Origin: Candidatus Sericytochromatia bacterium
GTDB lineage: Bacteria > Cyanobacteriota > Sericytochromatia > S15B-MN24 > UBA4093
DNA length: 64,000 bases
NCBI GenBank assembly: GCA_036676495.1
Contig: JAKFCT010000059.1
Coordinates: 1 to 64,000 of the forward strand
Reading direction: 5' to 3'
Positions 50,849 to 60,702 of the stretch are shown here, piece after piece. The notes below the pieces were generated by a model. It worked only from the letters and a program-made list of their open reading frames with translations. It did no database searches and was not told the DNA's origin. The translations under genes and the position numbers were made by a program. Numbering within the stretch: position 1 is the first letter of the stretch; every line of letters starts with the position of its first letter.

Positions 50849-51145
50849 ATGTCGGAAGTACTGTCCACGGAAATCTTCGCGCGTGAGCTCTTGGCCCTGT
50901 CGAACCTTTGCCAGCAGGGCATGAGCCTGCTGATGATCCAGATCTCCCCGGTGGCCGCCGCGGCGGGCTGCCCCGTTCCCGACCTCGACTTGCCGCGCGA
51001 CTGCGTGCTCGTGGCCGTGATTCGGGACGAGCAGGTCCTCTACCCGCGCGGTGACACGACCCTGCAGCCCTGGGATCGGGTCTTCGCGGTGGTCGACCGC
51101 TCCTCGGAGGACGGCCTGAGAGAAGCCCTCACGAAGCTTCCCTAG
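50849..51145 (+). CDS. Stand-alone TrkA-C (RCK-C) domain protein
   Basis: GGAGG RBS; LDLPRDCVLVAVIRD...YPRGDTTLQPWDRV. Confidence 0.8.
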   Translation: MSEVLSTEIFARELLALSNLCQQGMSLLMIQISPVAAAAGCPVPDLDLPRDCVLVAVIRDEQVLYPRGDTTLQPWDRVFAVVDRSSEDGLREALTKLP

Positions 51146-51204
51146 AGCGATCGTCGTTGCTGCAGGACAGCTACGCTGCCTTTCGCAACAGCCGCGGGCG
51201 CTAG
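51142..51204. repeat. CTAG-bounded hairpin element, short form (63 bp)
   Basis: CTAGAGCGATCGTCGTTGCTGCAGGACAGCTACGCTGCCTTTCGCAACAGCCGCGGGCGCTAG; left CTAG contains the TrkA-C stop codon. Confidence 0.9.
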
Positions 51205-51288
51205 CTTTCCGGCGCCGCGGGCGGCAGCCCCTTGCCAACCCTCGCCCACTCTTTCATACTATGTAACGATTTGTGAAAGGAGCGAGGC

Positions 51289-52518
51289 GTGCGCCGAGTC
51301 GACGTGGCGATCATCGGGGCCGGACCTGCAGGTTCCGCCGCCGCTCACTACCTGAGCGGGCGCGGCTTGCAGGTCCTGCTGCTCGATCGGGCCGTCTTCC
51401 CTCGTGACAAGGTCTGCGGGGAGGCTATCAGCCCCGGGGCCTTGCCCTTCCTGGAGGCCTTCGGGGTCTTGGCGGAAGTCCGCCGCCATGGAGCCTTCCC
51501 CTACCGCGGCGCCCGCCTCTCGACGCCCGAGGGCCTCACGGCCGATGCCGCCTATCCGTCCGCGCACGTCGGCCTCGCCATCCCCCGCGAATCCCTGGAC
51601 TGGCTGCTGCTACAAGGGGTCTCCGCGCGCGTGGAGGCCCGTCAGGGGGTCAATGTCGAGGCGGTCTCCCCTGCCACTGACGCCGGCCATCTGCTCACGC
51701 TCAAGGCCGACGGCCAGCAGGAATCCCTCTGGGCCCGGGCGGTAATCTCCGCGGAAGGCCGCTTCGCCCGCGTCTTGACCGAGAGCGCCCGCGAGGCGGG
51801 TCCCCCGAATCGTTTCGCGGTCGTGGCGACCCTCGACGGAGTCCTCGGGCTCGGTGACTGGCTGGAGTTTCACTTGATCGCGCCCGCGATGCAGGTCGTG
51901 ATCGCCCCCCAAGGTCCGGACCGGGCGGCGATCGCCGTCGTGCTCGACGGCCCCGACGCCAGCCGCCGCGCCCCCGAAGCCATCAAGGACTTCTTGGGCG
52001 TGTTGCGGCGCGATCCCCTCCTCGTCTCGCGCATCCAGGACGCCCGCCTCCTCAAGCCCCCCCGCGGCATGGGCCTCGGCAAGTACCAGCCCCGCCGACT
52101 CGTCGGAGACGGCTGGCTCGCGGTGGGAGACGCCGTCGGCTACATGGACCCCATCACCGGCGAGGGCATGTACCGTGCGTTCCGGACCGCTCAGCTCGCC
52201 ACGGAGACCCTGCTCGCGGCCTTCGCGTACGGAGACCTCCGCGCCTCCCGGCTCATGCCCTATGCCCAGGCCGTGCGGGCCGAGTTCAGTCCTAGTTATC
52301 GCTTCGTCGATACGGTCGTGGCGCTCAGCCGCCGTCCGCGCCTCGCCCGTTTCGCCCTCCGTGCCATCGCCCGAGACCCCATCCTCGCGGCGCGCATGGG
52401 CTCCTATCAAGGGGCCCTCGCCCCCGCCAGCGGCTTCTACTCCCTCGGCACCCTCGCACGCTTCGCGTGGGCCGGCCTTCACTCCCCGCGCCCGGAACGG
52501 GCCCCCCGAAGTACCTAG
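51289..52518 (+). CDS. FAD-dependent oxidoreductase, geranylgeranyl reductase/FixC-like
   Basis: GAGPAG, FPRDKVCGE, VGDAVGYMDPITGEGM. Confidence 0.9.
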   Translation: MRRVDVAIIGAGPAGSAAAHYLSGRGLQVLLLDRAVFPRDKVCGEAISPGALPFLEAFGVLAEVRRHGAFPYRGARLSTPEGLTADAAYPSAHVGLAIPRESLDWLLLQGVSARVEARQGVNVEAVSPATDAGHLLTLKADGQQESLWARAVISAEGRFARVLTESAREAGPPNRFAVVATLDGVLGLGDWLEFHLIAPAMQVVIAPQGPDRAAIAVVLDGPDASRRAPEAIKDFLGVLRRDPLLVSRIQDARLLKPPRGMGLGKYQPRRLVGDGWLAVGDAVGYMDPITGEGMYRAFRTAQLATETLLAAFAYGDLRASRLMPYAQAVRAEFSPSYRFVDTVVALSRRPRLARFALRAIARDPILAARMGSYQGALAPASGFYSLGTLARFAWAGLHSPRPERAPRST

Positions 52519-52589
52519 CGCCCCCTTCCCGCAGGACGGATCTTGGCCGGCGTCGGTCACTTTCCCCCCACGCTAGAACGGAGAACGCC

Positions 52590-53633
52590 ATGCCGCAAAT
52601 CACAGCCCTCTCGACTGCCGTTCCCTCGAACCGTTACGAGCAGATGAGCTCCTATCGCGAGTTCCTCGCCCCGTTCATGAGTGAGAATCCCCGGGCCGAG
52701 CGGATCTTCGCCGGCTCGGCGATCGCCTACCGCCACGCCGTCATCGACCCCGCCACCTTCTTCGAACGCCGCCTCTCCACCCGAGAACGCAACGACCTCT
52801 ATGTCCGGCACGCCAACGATCTCGGCGAGCAGGCCCTCCGCCGCTGCCTCGAAAAAGCCGGGCGAGACCCGCACGAGATCGATTACCTCGTGGTCATCTC
52901 CTGCACCGGCTTCGAGATCCCCGGCCTCGACCTCACCCTCGCCAAGCGCGTCGGCCTCCGCCCCGATGTCCGCCGCACCTGTATCCTGGGCATGGGCTGC
53001 TATGCCGCTTTCCCGGGCCTCAACCGCGCCCGGGAAGCCGTCCTCGCCTTCCCGGACGCCAAGGTCCTGGTGCTGGCCATCGAACTCTGTTCCTTGCACT
53101 TCCAGACGGATGCTACCGACGAGATCGTGGTGAGCAACGCGCTCTTCGCCGACGGCGCCGCCGCCCTCCTGCTCGAAGGACGGTCGGATCGCCCGTCCAT
53201 GCGGATCGTGGATACCCTCACCCTCACGAACTACGACACGCTCGAACACATGGCCTTTCACGTCACGGATCATGGCTACCGCATGGTGCTTTCCTCCTAC
53301 GTCCCCCAGATCCTGGGCCTGGCCGTCGAGACCTTCGCCGATCAATTGCTTGAAAGGAACGGCCTCACCCGCGAGCAGGTCGATTTCTGGGCCATTCATC
53401 CCGGAGGCAAGAAGATCCTGGATCACTTGCAAGAGCGCTTGGGCTTGGAGGACGCGGATATGCGGTTCTCTCGGGAGGTGATGCGCGACTACGGTAACAT
53501 GTCGAGCCCGACCGTGCTCTTCGTCCTGGACGCCATCAACCGATCCGGCGCGCCCAAGGCCGGGGATCACGGCGTGATGATGGCCTTCGGTCCCGGCCTC
53601 ACCATGGAGTCTTGCCTCGTCCGCTGGGAATAA
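52590..53633 (+). CDS. Type III polyketide synthase
   Basis: Triad Cys (MGCYA), His (AIHPGG), Asn (YGNMSS); ELCSLH, LFADGAAA, AFGPGL. Confidence 0.95.
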   Translation: MPQITALSTAVPSNRYEQMSSYREFLAPFMSENPRAERIFAGSAIAYRHAVIDPATFFERRLSTRERNDLYVRHANDLGEQALRRCLEKAGRDPHEIDYLVVISCTGFEIPGLDLTLAKRVGLRPDVRRTCILGMGCYAAFPGLNRAREAVLAFPDAKVLVLAIELCSLHFQTDATDEIVVSNALFADGAAALLLEGRSDRPSMRIVDTLTLTNYDTLEHMAFHVTDHGYRMVLSSYVPQILGLAVETFADQLLERNGLTREQVDFWAIHPGGKKILDHLQERLGLEDADMRFSREVMRDYGNMSSPTVLFVLDAINRSGAPKAGDHGVMMAFGPGLTMESCLVRWE

Positions 53634-53638
53634 TCACC

Positions 53639-54238
53639 ATGGACCCCGAGGGGAAGGAGGAAGTGATGGTGGAGGCGCTGCGCCGGCATCTGGCCGAGCG
53701 AATCGGTATTCGGATGGATCGGCCGGGACTGGTTCCCAGCGCCGTGCTGGTTCCCATCTTGCTGGGAGCCGGAGGCCTCTCCGTGCTCTACACCAAACGG
53801 AGCGAGGCCCTCAACCACCACCGCGGCCAGATCTCCTTCCCCGGGGGGAAATGGTCCCCGGAGGACCCGACCCTCCTCGAAACGGCCCTCAGGGAGGCGG
53901 AAGAGGAGGTCGGGATCGATCCCCGCGACATCGAGGTGCTCGGTGAGCTCGACGAGGTCTGGACCCCGACCGGCTTCACCATCCGTCCCTACGTGGGCCT
54001 GATCCGCGCGCCGTACCCTTTCCGCGTCAATCCCGACGAGATCGACCGCCTGATCGAAGTCCCCTGGTCCCGCATCCCGGAAGCCGATGCCTTCGGCTGC
54101 GAGGTCAAGATGGTGAACGGCGAGCCCCTCGAGATTTGCCACTTCCACGTCAACAACGACCTCATCTGGGGAGCGACCGCCCGGATCACCCGCAACCTGA
54201 TGGCCCTCGTCGCCCGGGTCAGCGAAGAGATCGCCTAA
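53639..54238 (+). CDS. Nudix CoA pyrophosphatase (NudL-like)
   Basis: SAVLVP, HRGQISFPGG, TALREAEEEVG, IWGATARI. Confidence 0.92.
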   Translation: MDPEGKEEVMVEALRRHLAERIGIRMDRPGLVPSAVLVPILLGAGGLSVLYTKRSEALNHHRGQISFPGGKWSPEDPTLLETALREAEEEVGIDPRDIEVLGELDEVWTPTGFTIRPYVGLIRAPYPFRVNPDEIDRLIEVPWSRIPEADAFGCEVKMVNGEPLEICHFHVNNDLIWGATARITRNLMALVARVSEEIA

Positions 54239-54255
54239 CGCCTGCCCTAACCGAC

Positions 54256-55089
54256 TCAGGAGCCCGTGCCCTGGTAGTGGTTGACCCCACGCTTCCAGAC
54301 GAGGTACGCCAGCCAGAACCACAACAATCCGACCAAAGGCGTCAAAAGCCCGAGCTGCTGGGCTGGGAGCAAGGAGCCGTCCGCTTTTCCGAGCAGGGTG
54401 GTGGCGGGGTAGTAGTTGGTGAAAGCCACCGGCAGGACAATCGTCAGGGCCAGCTGAACGCCCCGGCCGTAGATGCTCACGGGGTAGCGCACCAGCTCGT
54501 TCTGGATCTGCTGGACCGTCCAAGTCAGCCCGGAGACCTTGATCACCCAGAACGAGGCGCTCGCGACCAGCAGGGAGACCGCCGCCTGGATCAGGCCCGC
54601 CCCGATGACCACGGCGGCCAAGAAGAGGACCAGCGGCACGCTCCAGGTGATGGACACCATTCCGATCGCCTGCGAGAAGACCAGCAAGCCCACGATCATG
54701 TCGTTGAGCGAGGTGAAGGATCCCTGGAGCAGGATCTGGAAGAGCGGGTTGATGGGCCGGATCAGGTAGCGGTCGAAGTTTCCTTGGCGCACCGCGTAGG
54801 GGATCCGCAGGAGCGGAAAGAAAAAGGTCGTATAGACGCCCCGGGCGAGCAGCCCCAGGGAGTACAGGAAGATCATCTCCTGGAAGTCCCAGCCGTTGAG
54901 CGACGGGAAGCGGCTCAACAGGGCCCAGATGATGCCGATCGAGACGGCATGGAAGGCCACGGTATTGCCAAACCAGAGCAGGAAGCTGGTCCGGTACTCC
55001 ATGCGGCTCTTGAGGTTCGCCACCCAGAACGTGCCGTAGATCCGCAGCAGCTCCGACACGCGCCAGGGGCGCCAGGACGTGCTAGCCAC
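54256..55089 (-). CDS. ABC-2 family (DUF990-type) permease
   Basis: MEYRTSF, G.FDRYLIRPINP, YPVSIY, C-terminal YQGTGS. Confidence 0.9.
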   Translation of the reverse strand: MASTSWRPWRVSELLRIYGTFWVANLKSRMEYRTSFLLWFGNTVAFHAVSIGIIWALLSRFPSLNGWDFQEMIFLYSLGLLARGVYTTFFFPLLRIPYAVRQGNFDRYLIRPINPLFQILLQGSFTSLNDMIVGLLVFSQAIGMVSITWSVPLVLFLAAVVIGAGLIQAAVSLLVASASFWVIKVSGLTWTVQQIQNELVRYPVSIYGRGVQLALTIVLPVAFTNYYPATTLLGKADGSLLPAQQLGLLTPLVGLLWFWLAYLVWKRGVNHYQGTGS

Positions 55090-55903
55090 CTTGCACGACC
55101 ACCTTTCGGACGCCGCGCGTCCACATCACGGCGCAGACGCAGCCCAGCGCCAGGACCCAGAACGCCTGCAAGCCAAGGAAAGCCCAGGCGGAGGGGCCTT
55201 GGAGCTTGCCGACGTAGATGGAAAGAGGAGTGCTGTAGATGGCCTGGAAGGGGAGGGCGAGGGCGATCGCCTGGAACGCACCCGGGAAGAACCAGACGGG
55301 CACGACGGCTCCCGACAGCGCCATCGACACCCAGCGCAGGATCATCTGGATGCCGAAGGTCTCGAGGATCCAGAAGGCCGTGAGGTTCAGCATGAGGGTC
55401 ATGCAGAAGTTGACGGCGATCCCCAGCATGGCGCTCGCGACGAAGAGGAGGGCCGCCTCGGGCGAGGGCGGCGCGACCAGGTGGATCAGCGGCGCGAGCA
55501 AGAGGAGGGCGGGCACGACTTGCAGCAGCCCGAAGCCCATGGCTCCCAGCCCGTCGGCGATCACCGTGAGCGGGTAGCGCACGGGGCGGAACAAGTCGAC
55601 CGCGATGTCGCCGTCCCGGATCTTGTCCTCGACCTGATCCGCGGATTCCGCGGCGGCGTTGACCACCAGCCCGTAGAGGAGGGAAACGGCCGAATAGGTC
55701 ACGATCAGCGGCAGGGTGAAGCCTTCGGGGGCCGCGTCGCTGCCCCGGGACTGGTAGAGCGCCGTCCAGAGCGCATAGAGCAGATACAGCCGGGCGGCGA
55801 CTCCGAGCAGGCTGGTGAGCACGTCGACCCGGTAAGTGGTTTCGCGACGGAAGGCGAGCCGGGTGAAGGCCCGATACGCCTCGAACCCCGCCCGCACCCT
55901 CAT
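55082..55903 (-). CDS. ABC-2 family (DUF990-type) permease
   Basis: TYR, IRDGDIAVDLFRP, SGAVVP..FFP, LPFQ, C-terminal VVQGG. Confidence 0.9.
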   Translation of the reverse strand: MRVRAGFEAYRAFTRLAFRRETTYRVDVLTSLLGVAARLYLLYALWTALYQSRGSDAAPEGFTLPLIVTYSAVSLLYGLVVNAAAESADQVEDKIRDGDIAVDLFRPVRYPLTVIADGLGAMGFGLLQVVPALLLLAPLIHLVAPPSPEAALLFVASAMLGIAVNFCMTLMLNLTAFWILETFGIQMILRWVSMALSGAVVPVWFFPGAFQAIALALPFQAIYSTPLSIYVGKLQGPSAWAFLGLQAFWVLALGCVCAVMWTRGVRKVVVQGG

Positions 55904-56886
55904 GGCGTGAGGCCCTTCTGGTAGATGGAGCGGATGATGTCCTCCAGGGGGGCTTCCTCGATGGTGAGGTCGACCACCGGATAGCTCGCGCTCAGGCGGC
56001 CGACGAGCTCTTGGGAGGAGATGCGGTTCCGGTCGAAGCGCAGGGTGGCGATCGCCCCTTCGCGCATGACGACCTCGGTGTCCGGCAGGTCGAGCGCTCC
56101 GGGAGGCTCCGCGAAGACCACGGTCATGAGGCGCTCACGCCCCGACAGGTCCTTGAGCTTCGATACGGTGCCGTCGTAAAGCAGTTGCCCCTTGTCGATC
56201 AGGATCATGCGGCGGCAGAGCCGCTCGATGTCCTGCATGTCGTGGGTGGTGAGGATGACCGTCACCTGGCGCTCCCGGTTGATGAGCTGGATGAACTCGC
56301 GGATGCGCTCCTTGGCGACGACGTCCAGGCCGATGGTCGGCTCGTCGAGGAAGAGGATCGGCGGATCGTGCATCAGAGCGGCCGCGAGGTCTCCGCGCAT
56401 GCGCTGGCCGAGCGAGAGCTGCCTGACGGGCGTCATCAGGAACTCCGAGAGGCCCAGCACCTCGTCGAAGCGCGCTAGGTTGGTCTGGTACTGGGCGTCG
56501 TCCACCCGGTAGATATGCTTGAGGAGCTCGAAGGAGTTGATCAGGGGCAGGTCCCACCAGAGCTGGGTGCGCTGGCCGAAGACCACGCCGATCTGGTGGG
56601 CGTTGCGCTCGCGATCCTTCCATGGCACCAGCCCTCCGACGCGCACCTCCCCGGAGGTGGGGGTGAGGATGCCGGTGAGCATCTTGATGGTGGTGGACTT
56701 GCCGGCGCCGTTGGGTCCGACGTAGCCGACCAGCTCTCCGGGCTCGAGCGTGAAGGAGACGTCGCGAACGGCGACCTTCTCTTCGTGCTCGGTGCTGAAG
56801 AGGGTCCTGACGGCTCCCCAGCGGCCTTCATAGCGCTTGGGAACCGTGAAGGTCTTGGTGAGGTTCTCGGCGACGATCTGGGGCAT
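55900..56886 (-). CDS. ABC transporter ATP-binding protein
   Basis: GPNGAGKST, VFGQRTQLWWDLP, LSLGQRMR, FLDEPTIGLD, TTHD. Confidence 0.95.
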   Translation of the reverse strand: MPQIVAENLTKTFTVPKRYEGRWGAVRTLFSTEHEEKVAVRDVSFTLEPGELVGYVGPNGAGKSTTIKMLTGILTPTSGEVRVGGLVPWKDRERNAHQIGVVFGQRTQLWWDLPLINSFELLKHIYRVDDAQYQTNLARFDEVLGLSEFLMTPVRQLSLGQRMRGDLAAALMHDPPILFLDEPTIGLDVVAKERIREFIQLINRERQVTVILTTHDMQDIERLCRRMILIDKGQLLYDGTVSKLKDLSGRERLMTVVFAEPPGALDLPDTEVVMREGAIATLRFDRNRISSQELVGRLSASYPVVDLTIEEAPLEDIIRSIYQKGLTP

Positions 56887-56904
56887 ACCCACCAGTATAC
56901 CCCG

Positions 56905-57011
56905 CTAGCGCCCGCGGCTGTTGCGTATGGCAGCGAGCGTTAGCCGTGAAAGGCATGAACAGGGGCTTAACCTCAAAGCTCGCTGACCTGTAGCAACGAA
57001 GATCGCTCTAG
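56905..57011. repeat. CTAG-bounded hairpin element, long form (107 bp), copy 2
   Basis: Colinear with 15890-15996 except a 27-nt central segment. Confidence 0.9.
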
Positions 57012-57057
57012 AAGAAGCGCCCGCCGTGCAAGCAGCACTGCGGGCGTCGGTCGTGGC

Positions 57058-60000
57058 TCAGCGTTTGCCGGCCGGCTCACCGGGAGTGTTGAGGCTTCCC
57101 AGCAGATCCAGCAGCCCGGTACGGGCCTTCTGGAGGGCGCCCTGCCCCTGCTGAACGCCGGACTCGACGCTCTGGCGGGCGCTTTCGATCTGGGCGCCCA
57201 GGGCGGTCTTGGCGATCGCTGGATCCTGGAGGAGCGCGGTCAGGATCGCGCGCGTCTGAGCGGCATCCTGGCTCTGGACGGCTTGCTGCAAGCGCGTGGC
57301 CTGGCGCTTGAGCTCGGTCGCCTTGGCGATGGCATCTCGAGAGACCAGGTTGGTTTCCCGGCTGAGCTCGGCGGCCAGGTCGAGCGCCCGCCGGGCGTCG
57401 GAGGCCCGCATGGCGTCGTGTAGGGCAATCCCCTGGGCGATGATCTCCTTGGCGAGATCGCCGGTGGCCGTGTTGACGGCGCCGGCTTCCTTGAGCAAGG
57501 CCGTGAGGGTCTCGCCGGCCTGCGCGTAGTCTCCTCCGGCGATCGCCTGCTGAAGCTGACTGCCTTGCGCCACCAGCGCGTTGGCATGGGCAATCTGGTC
57601 CTGGGTCAGCAAGCCGGCTCCCTTGGCGAGTTCACCGGCGAGCCCCGCCGCGCGACGGAAGTCCTTGGCCAGGACGGCCGCCGCCAGGGAACTTCCCTGC
57701 GAGAGGATGCGCGCGGCCTGGTTGGCAACCTCCGTGGGGATGAGCCCCTCGTTCCGGAGCGTGGCATTGAGCAACAAGGCCGCCGTGGCGGCGTCCTTCT
57801 TCGAGATGGCATCGACCAGGCGCTCGGCTTGGCCGGCGAGCTCGCCCACCTTGCGGACGGCCGAGTCGGTGATGACTCCGGTGCTGACGGCCAAGCGGCT
57901 TGCGAGGGCCCCGGCAGCCGCGAGGTCGTTTTTGCGCAGCGCCTGCGCCAGCTGGGATCCCAGCGAGGCCAGCTCTTGAGCCCGTTGGGCCGCGGCGCCG
58001 TCGATCATGCCGGCATCCTTGGCCATGCCGGTCGCGAGGCGGCTGGCGGCGGCGAAGTCCCCTTTCTCCAAGGCCTTGGCCAGCTGGGCACCCTGGTTGA
58101 CGAGGGTGGTGGCCCGGCGCACGCTGGGGTCGCCGGCGATGCCGGCATCGACGGCCAGGTTTCCGGCGAGGGCGGCAGCGGTGGCGAAGTCTCCCTTGGC
58201 GATCGCTTGCTGCAACTGGGCTCCCTGCTGCGCGAACCCGGCGATCCGGGTGGCGGTATCCGAGTTGACGAGGCCGGCGTGGGACGCGAGACCTGCCGCC
58301 AGGCCCGCGGCGGCGCCGAAGTCCCCGGCGGCGACGGCTTGCTGAATCTGGAGGCCCTGGCTGGCCAGCTCTCCGGCCTTCTGGGCCGTGGTCGCCGAGA
58401 GGAGGCCCGTGCCGGCGGCCAGTTGACCTGCTGTGCGGGCAATTTCCTGAACGTTGCCGCTCCGGATGGCGGCCTCGAGCTGAGCGGCCTGCTGCGTGAC
58501 CTGCGACAGCTTCTGGCTGGTGGCTTGGTCCAGCAAGCCGGCGTCACGCCCCAGGCCCGCGGCGAGCCTGGCGGCCTGGGCATAGTTGCCCTCGGCAATC
58601 GCCTTCTGGACCTGTGCGCCGGTATCAACCACCTGGGCAGCCTTGGCGACGGCCTGGTCGTTGACGATACCGGTCTGGACGGCCAGGTTTCCGGCCAGGG
58701 CGGCGGCCTGGGCATAATCTCCCTTGCGGATGGCCTGTTCGATCTGGAGGCCCTGCTGCAAGACGTTGGCCGCGGTCTCCGCGGTGCGGCGGTCGATCAC
58801 GCCGGCGTCGGCCGTGAGGGAGGCGGCCATGGCGGCGGCGGCGGCGTAATCCCCGGTCTGGATGGCCTTGGTCAGATCGGCGGCTTGGTTGACGTAGCGG
58901 CTCGCGCTCGCAAGCGCGTCCGTGGTGGCCTTGGAGGCCCCGAGATCCCCGGCGGCGGACTGGGCGAGATCCATGGTGGCACGGGCGGCCGCGCCGAGGT
59001 CGCCGGTCTGGGCGGCCTTGACCACCCGGTTGGCGGTGCCGGCGTAGGTGCCGGCCTTGTTCAGGGCATCGGTCACCTGCCGGTCGCCCCCGAACTCCGC
59101 GTTGGCTTCGCCGCCCAGGGACGCGGTGGCCGCGAGACCGCCGAGGACGTCCCCGTTGGTGAACGCATTCCAGGCCGCCTGGGCTTTCTGGGCGTAATTG
59201 GCGGCTTTTTGGGCAATTTCGGCGGCCTTCTCGACGACTTTGTCGGCGGTGGCTCCGATGACCTCGGCGCCGGCCCCGATCGCTCCCGCGGCGGCCCCGA
59301 GGAGGCCGCCCCAGTTGCCGGTTTCGACGGCGTTGGCCGCGGCGACCACGCCCTTGGCGACCTTCGCGACCTGGCCGGCCGTCTTGGCGACCGCCATGGC
59401 GGTGCTGCCCACGGCCTTGGCTCCCAGGGCGCCGATGCCGCCGGCGGCGGCTCCGGCCACCGAGGCGAGGCCCATGACGGCGGTCTTCCAGTCGCCGGTC
59501 TTGATGCCTTCGACGACCATCTTGGCCCCGTCGAGGGCCTGAAGGGCCGCCAAGCCGATGGCCACGCCCTGCAGGCCCGGAACCACCATGCAGACGACCG
59601 AGGCGGCCATCATGATGTAGGAGCCGTACTTGTCCCAGAACTCGCCCACGGCCTTGGCGACGTCCTTGATGACCTTCCAGGCCTTCTCGGCGATCTCGGA
59701 GACCAGCTTGACGGCGTCCTTGATCGCTCCGATGGGGTTGGTGACGAACTTGACGGCGATCTTGACGGCCTTGGTGACGAACTTGGTCACGCTCTTGAAG
59801 GCTCCGGCGATCTTGGAGCCGCAGGACTTCTTCTTTTTTTTCTTCTTTACCTTGGGCTTGGGAAGCTCTCCCTCGGTCTTCAGGACGTCCTGGCCGTTGG
59901 TCTGGACGTTGTTGGTGTCCTGGGTGCCGGAGGCAGGCGCGGCGGCGGGCTGGTTATCGGCAGGGGCGACATCGCCGTTGAGGGCCTGGCGGTTCCGGTC

Positions 60001-60063
60001 GAGCCGCTTGTAGGCCTGCATCAGGATGTCGTGCCGGGACTGGTCGATTTTGGGATCGCTCAT
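57058..60063 (-). CDS. ~1000-aa Ala-rich protein with poly-Lys, hydrophobic hairpin and 44-aa tandem repeats
   Basis: GGAGGG RBS before ATG 60063; repeats begin G[DN][YF]AxAxxLA every 44 aa. Confidence 0.85.
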   Translation of the reverse strand: MSDPKIDQSRHDILMQAYKRLDRNRQALNGDVAPADNQPAAAPASGTQDTNNVQTNGQDVLKTEGELPKPKVKKKKKKKSCGSKIAGAFKSVTKFVTKAVKIAVKFVTNPIGAIKDAVKLVSEIAEKAWKVIKDVAKAVGEFWDKYGSYIMMAASVVCMVVPGLQGVAIGLAALQALDGAKMVVEGIKTGDWKTAVMGLASVAGAAAGGIGALGAKAVGSTAMAVAKTAGQVAKVAKGVVAAANAVETGNWGGLLGAAAGAIGAGAEVIGATADKVVEKAAEIAQKAANYAQKAQAAWNAFTNGDVLGGLAATASLGGEANAEFGGDRQVTDALNKAGTYAGTANRVVKAAQTGDLGAAARATMDLAQSAAGDLGASKATTDALASASRYVNQAADLTKAIQTGDYAAAAAMAASLTADAGVIDRRTAETAANVLQQGLQIEQAIRKGDYAQAAALAGNLAVQTGIVNDQAVAKAAQVVDTGAQVQKAIAEGNYAQAARLAAGLGRDAGLLDQATSQKLSQVTQQAAQLEAAIRSGNVQEIARTAGQLAAGTGLLSATTAQKAGELASQGLQIQQAVAAGDFGAAAGLAAGLASHAGLVNSDTATRIAGFAQQGAQLQQAIAKGDFATAAALAGNLAVDAGIAGDPSVRRATTLVNQGAQLAKALEKGDFAAASRLATGMAKDAGMIDGAAAQRAQELASLGSQLAQALRKNDLAAAGALASRLAVSTGVITDSAVRKVGELAGQAERLVDAISKKDAATAALLLNATLRNEGLIPTEVANQAARILSQGSSLAAAVLAKDFRRAAGLAGELAKGAGLLTQDQIAHANALVAQGSQLQQAIAGGDYAQAGETLTALLKEAGAVNTATGDLAKEIIAQGIALHDAMRASDARRALDLAAELSRETNLVSRDAIAKATELKRQATRLQQAVQSQDAAQTRAILTALLQDPAIAKTALGAQIESARQSVESGVQQGQGALQKARTGLLDLLGSLNTPGEPAGKR

Positions 60064-60245
60064 GCAGAGACCCTCCAAGCGTGACGTCGCTTTGAGGGCC
60101 TTCGCCCAGCGACGTGGGTGCCAGCGGTGGCCGATCGGCCGGGTCATCCACGCTGCCAAGCTGCAACGTTTTAGGGTTATGCCACGGGGAGTGCCGGAAC
60201 TTGATAAAGCGTCGATTAAGTCGCATCAAGTTTGGATTAGTTTTT

Positions 60246-60527
60246 TCAGCCCCCGTTTTTGGCGGGCGGGTGAAGGGGACGGGTGGCCCGTGGGGAAGCG
60301 GCTTTGGCGCCCTTCATCGGCTTCACGGCGGTGAAGCAACGGTGGCAGACCCGCTGGCCGACCCGGACGGCCGCGTCGCAATGGGGACAGCGCTCGAAAA
60401 GTGTCGCCAGCCAGTTGAGTAGCTTGGCGGTCAATCCGAGGGCCGCCAGCGCGATGACCGCCACCCAGATCCACTTGGAGTGGAGGGTGGCGGCCTGAAG
60501 GAAAGGCGTCAGATCGAAACGCAACAT
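60246..60527 (-). CDS. Small membrane protein with zinc-ribbon (two CxxC)
   Basis: GGAGGAGG RBS; TM helix then CPHC and CHRC. Confidence 0.7.
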   Translation of the reverse strand: MLRFDLTPFLQAATLHSKWIWVAVIALAALGLTAKLLNWLATLFERCPHCDAAVRVGQRVCHRCFTAVKPMKGAKAASPRATRPLHPPAKNGG

Positions 60528-60702
60528 CGACCTCCTCCGAGCGCAAGGCGCCTTCGAAACGACCTGGCTAGCCTAATGTACCCGGGCGATCGAATCTCGA
60601 AACGATCGATCGTGAGGAGTTGGGTTCGCGCTCAGAGGGGGGCTTGGAGGGCGTGGGAGGCTGGCCGCGCGGGCAGCCTTGCCGAAGGGCCGGGACCCGG
60701 CG

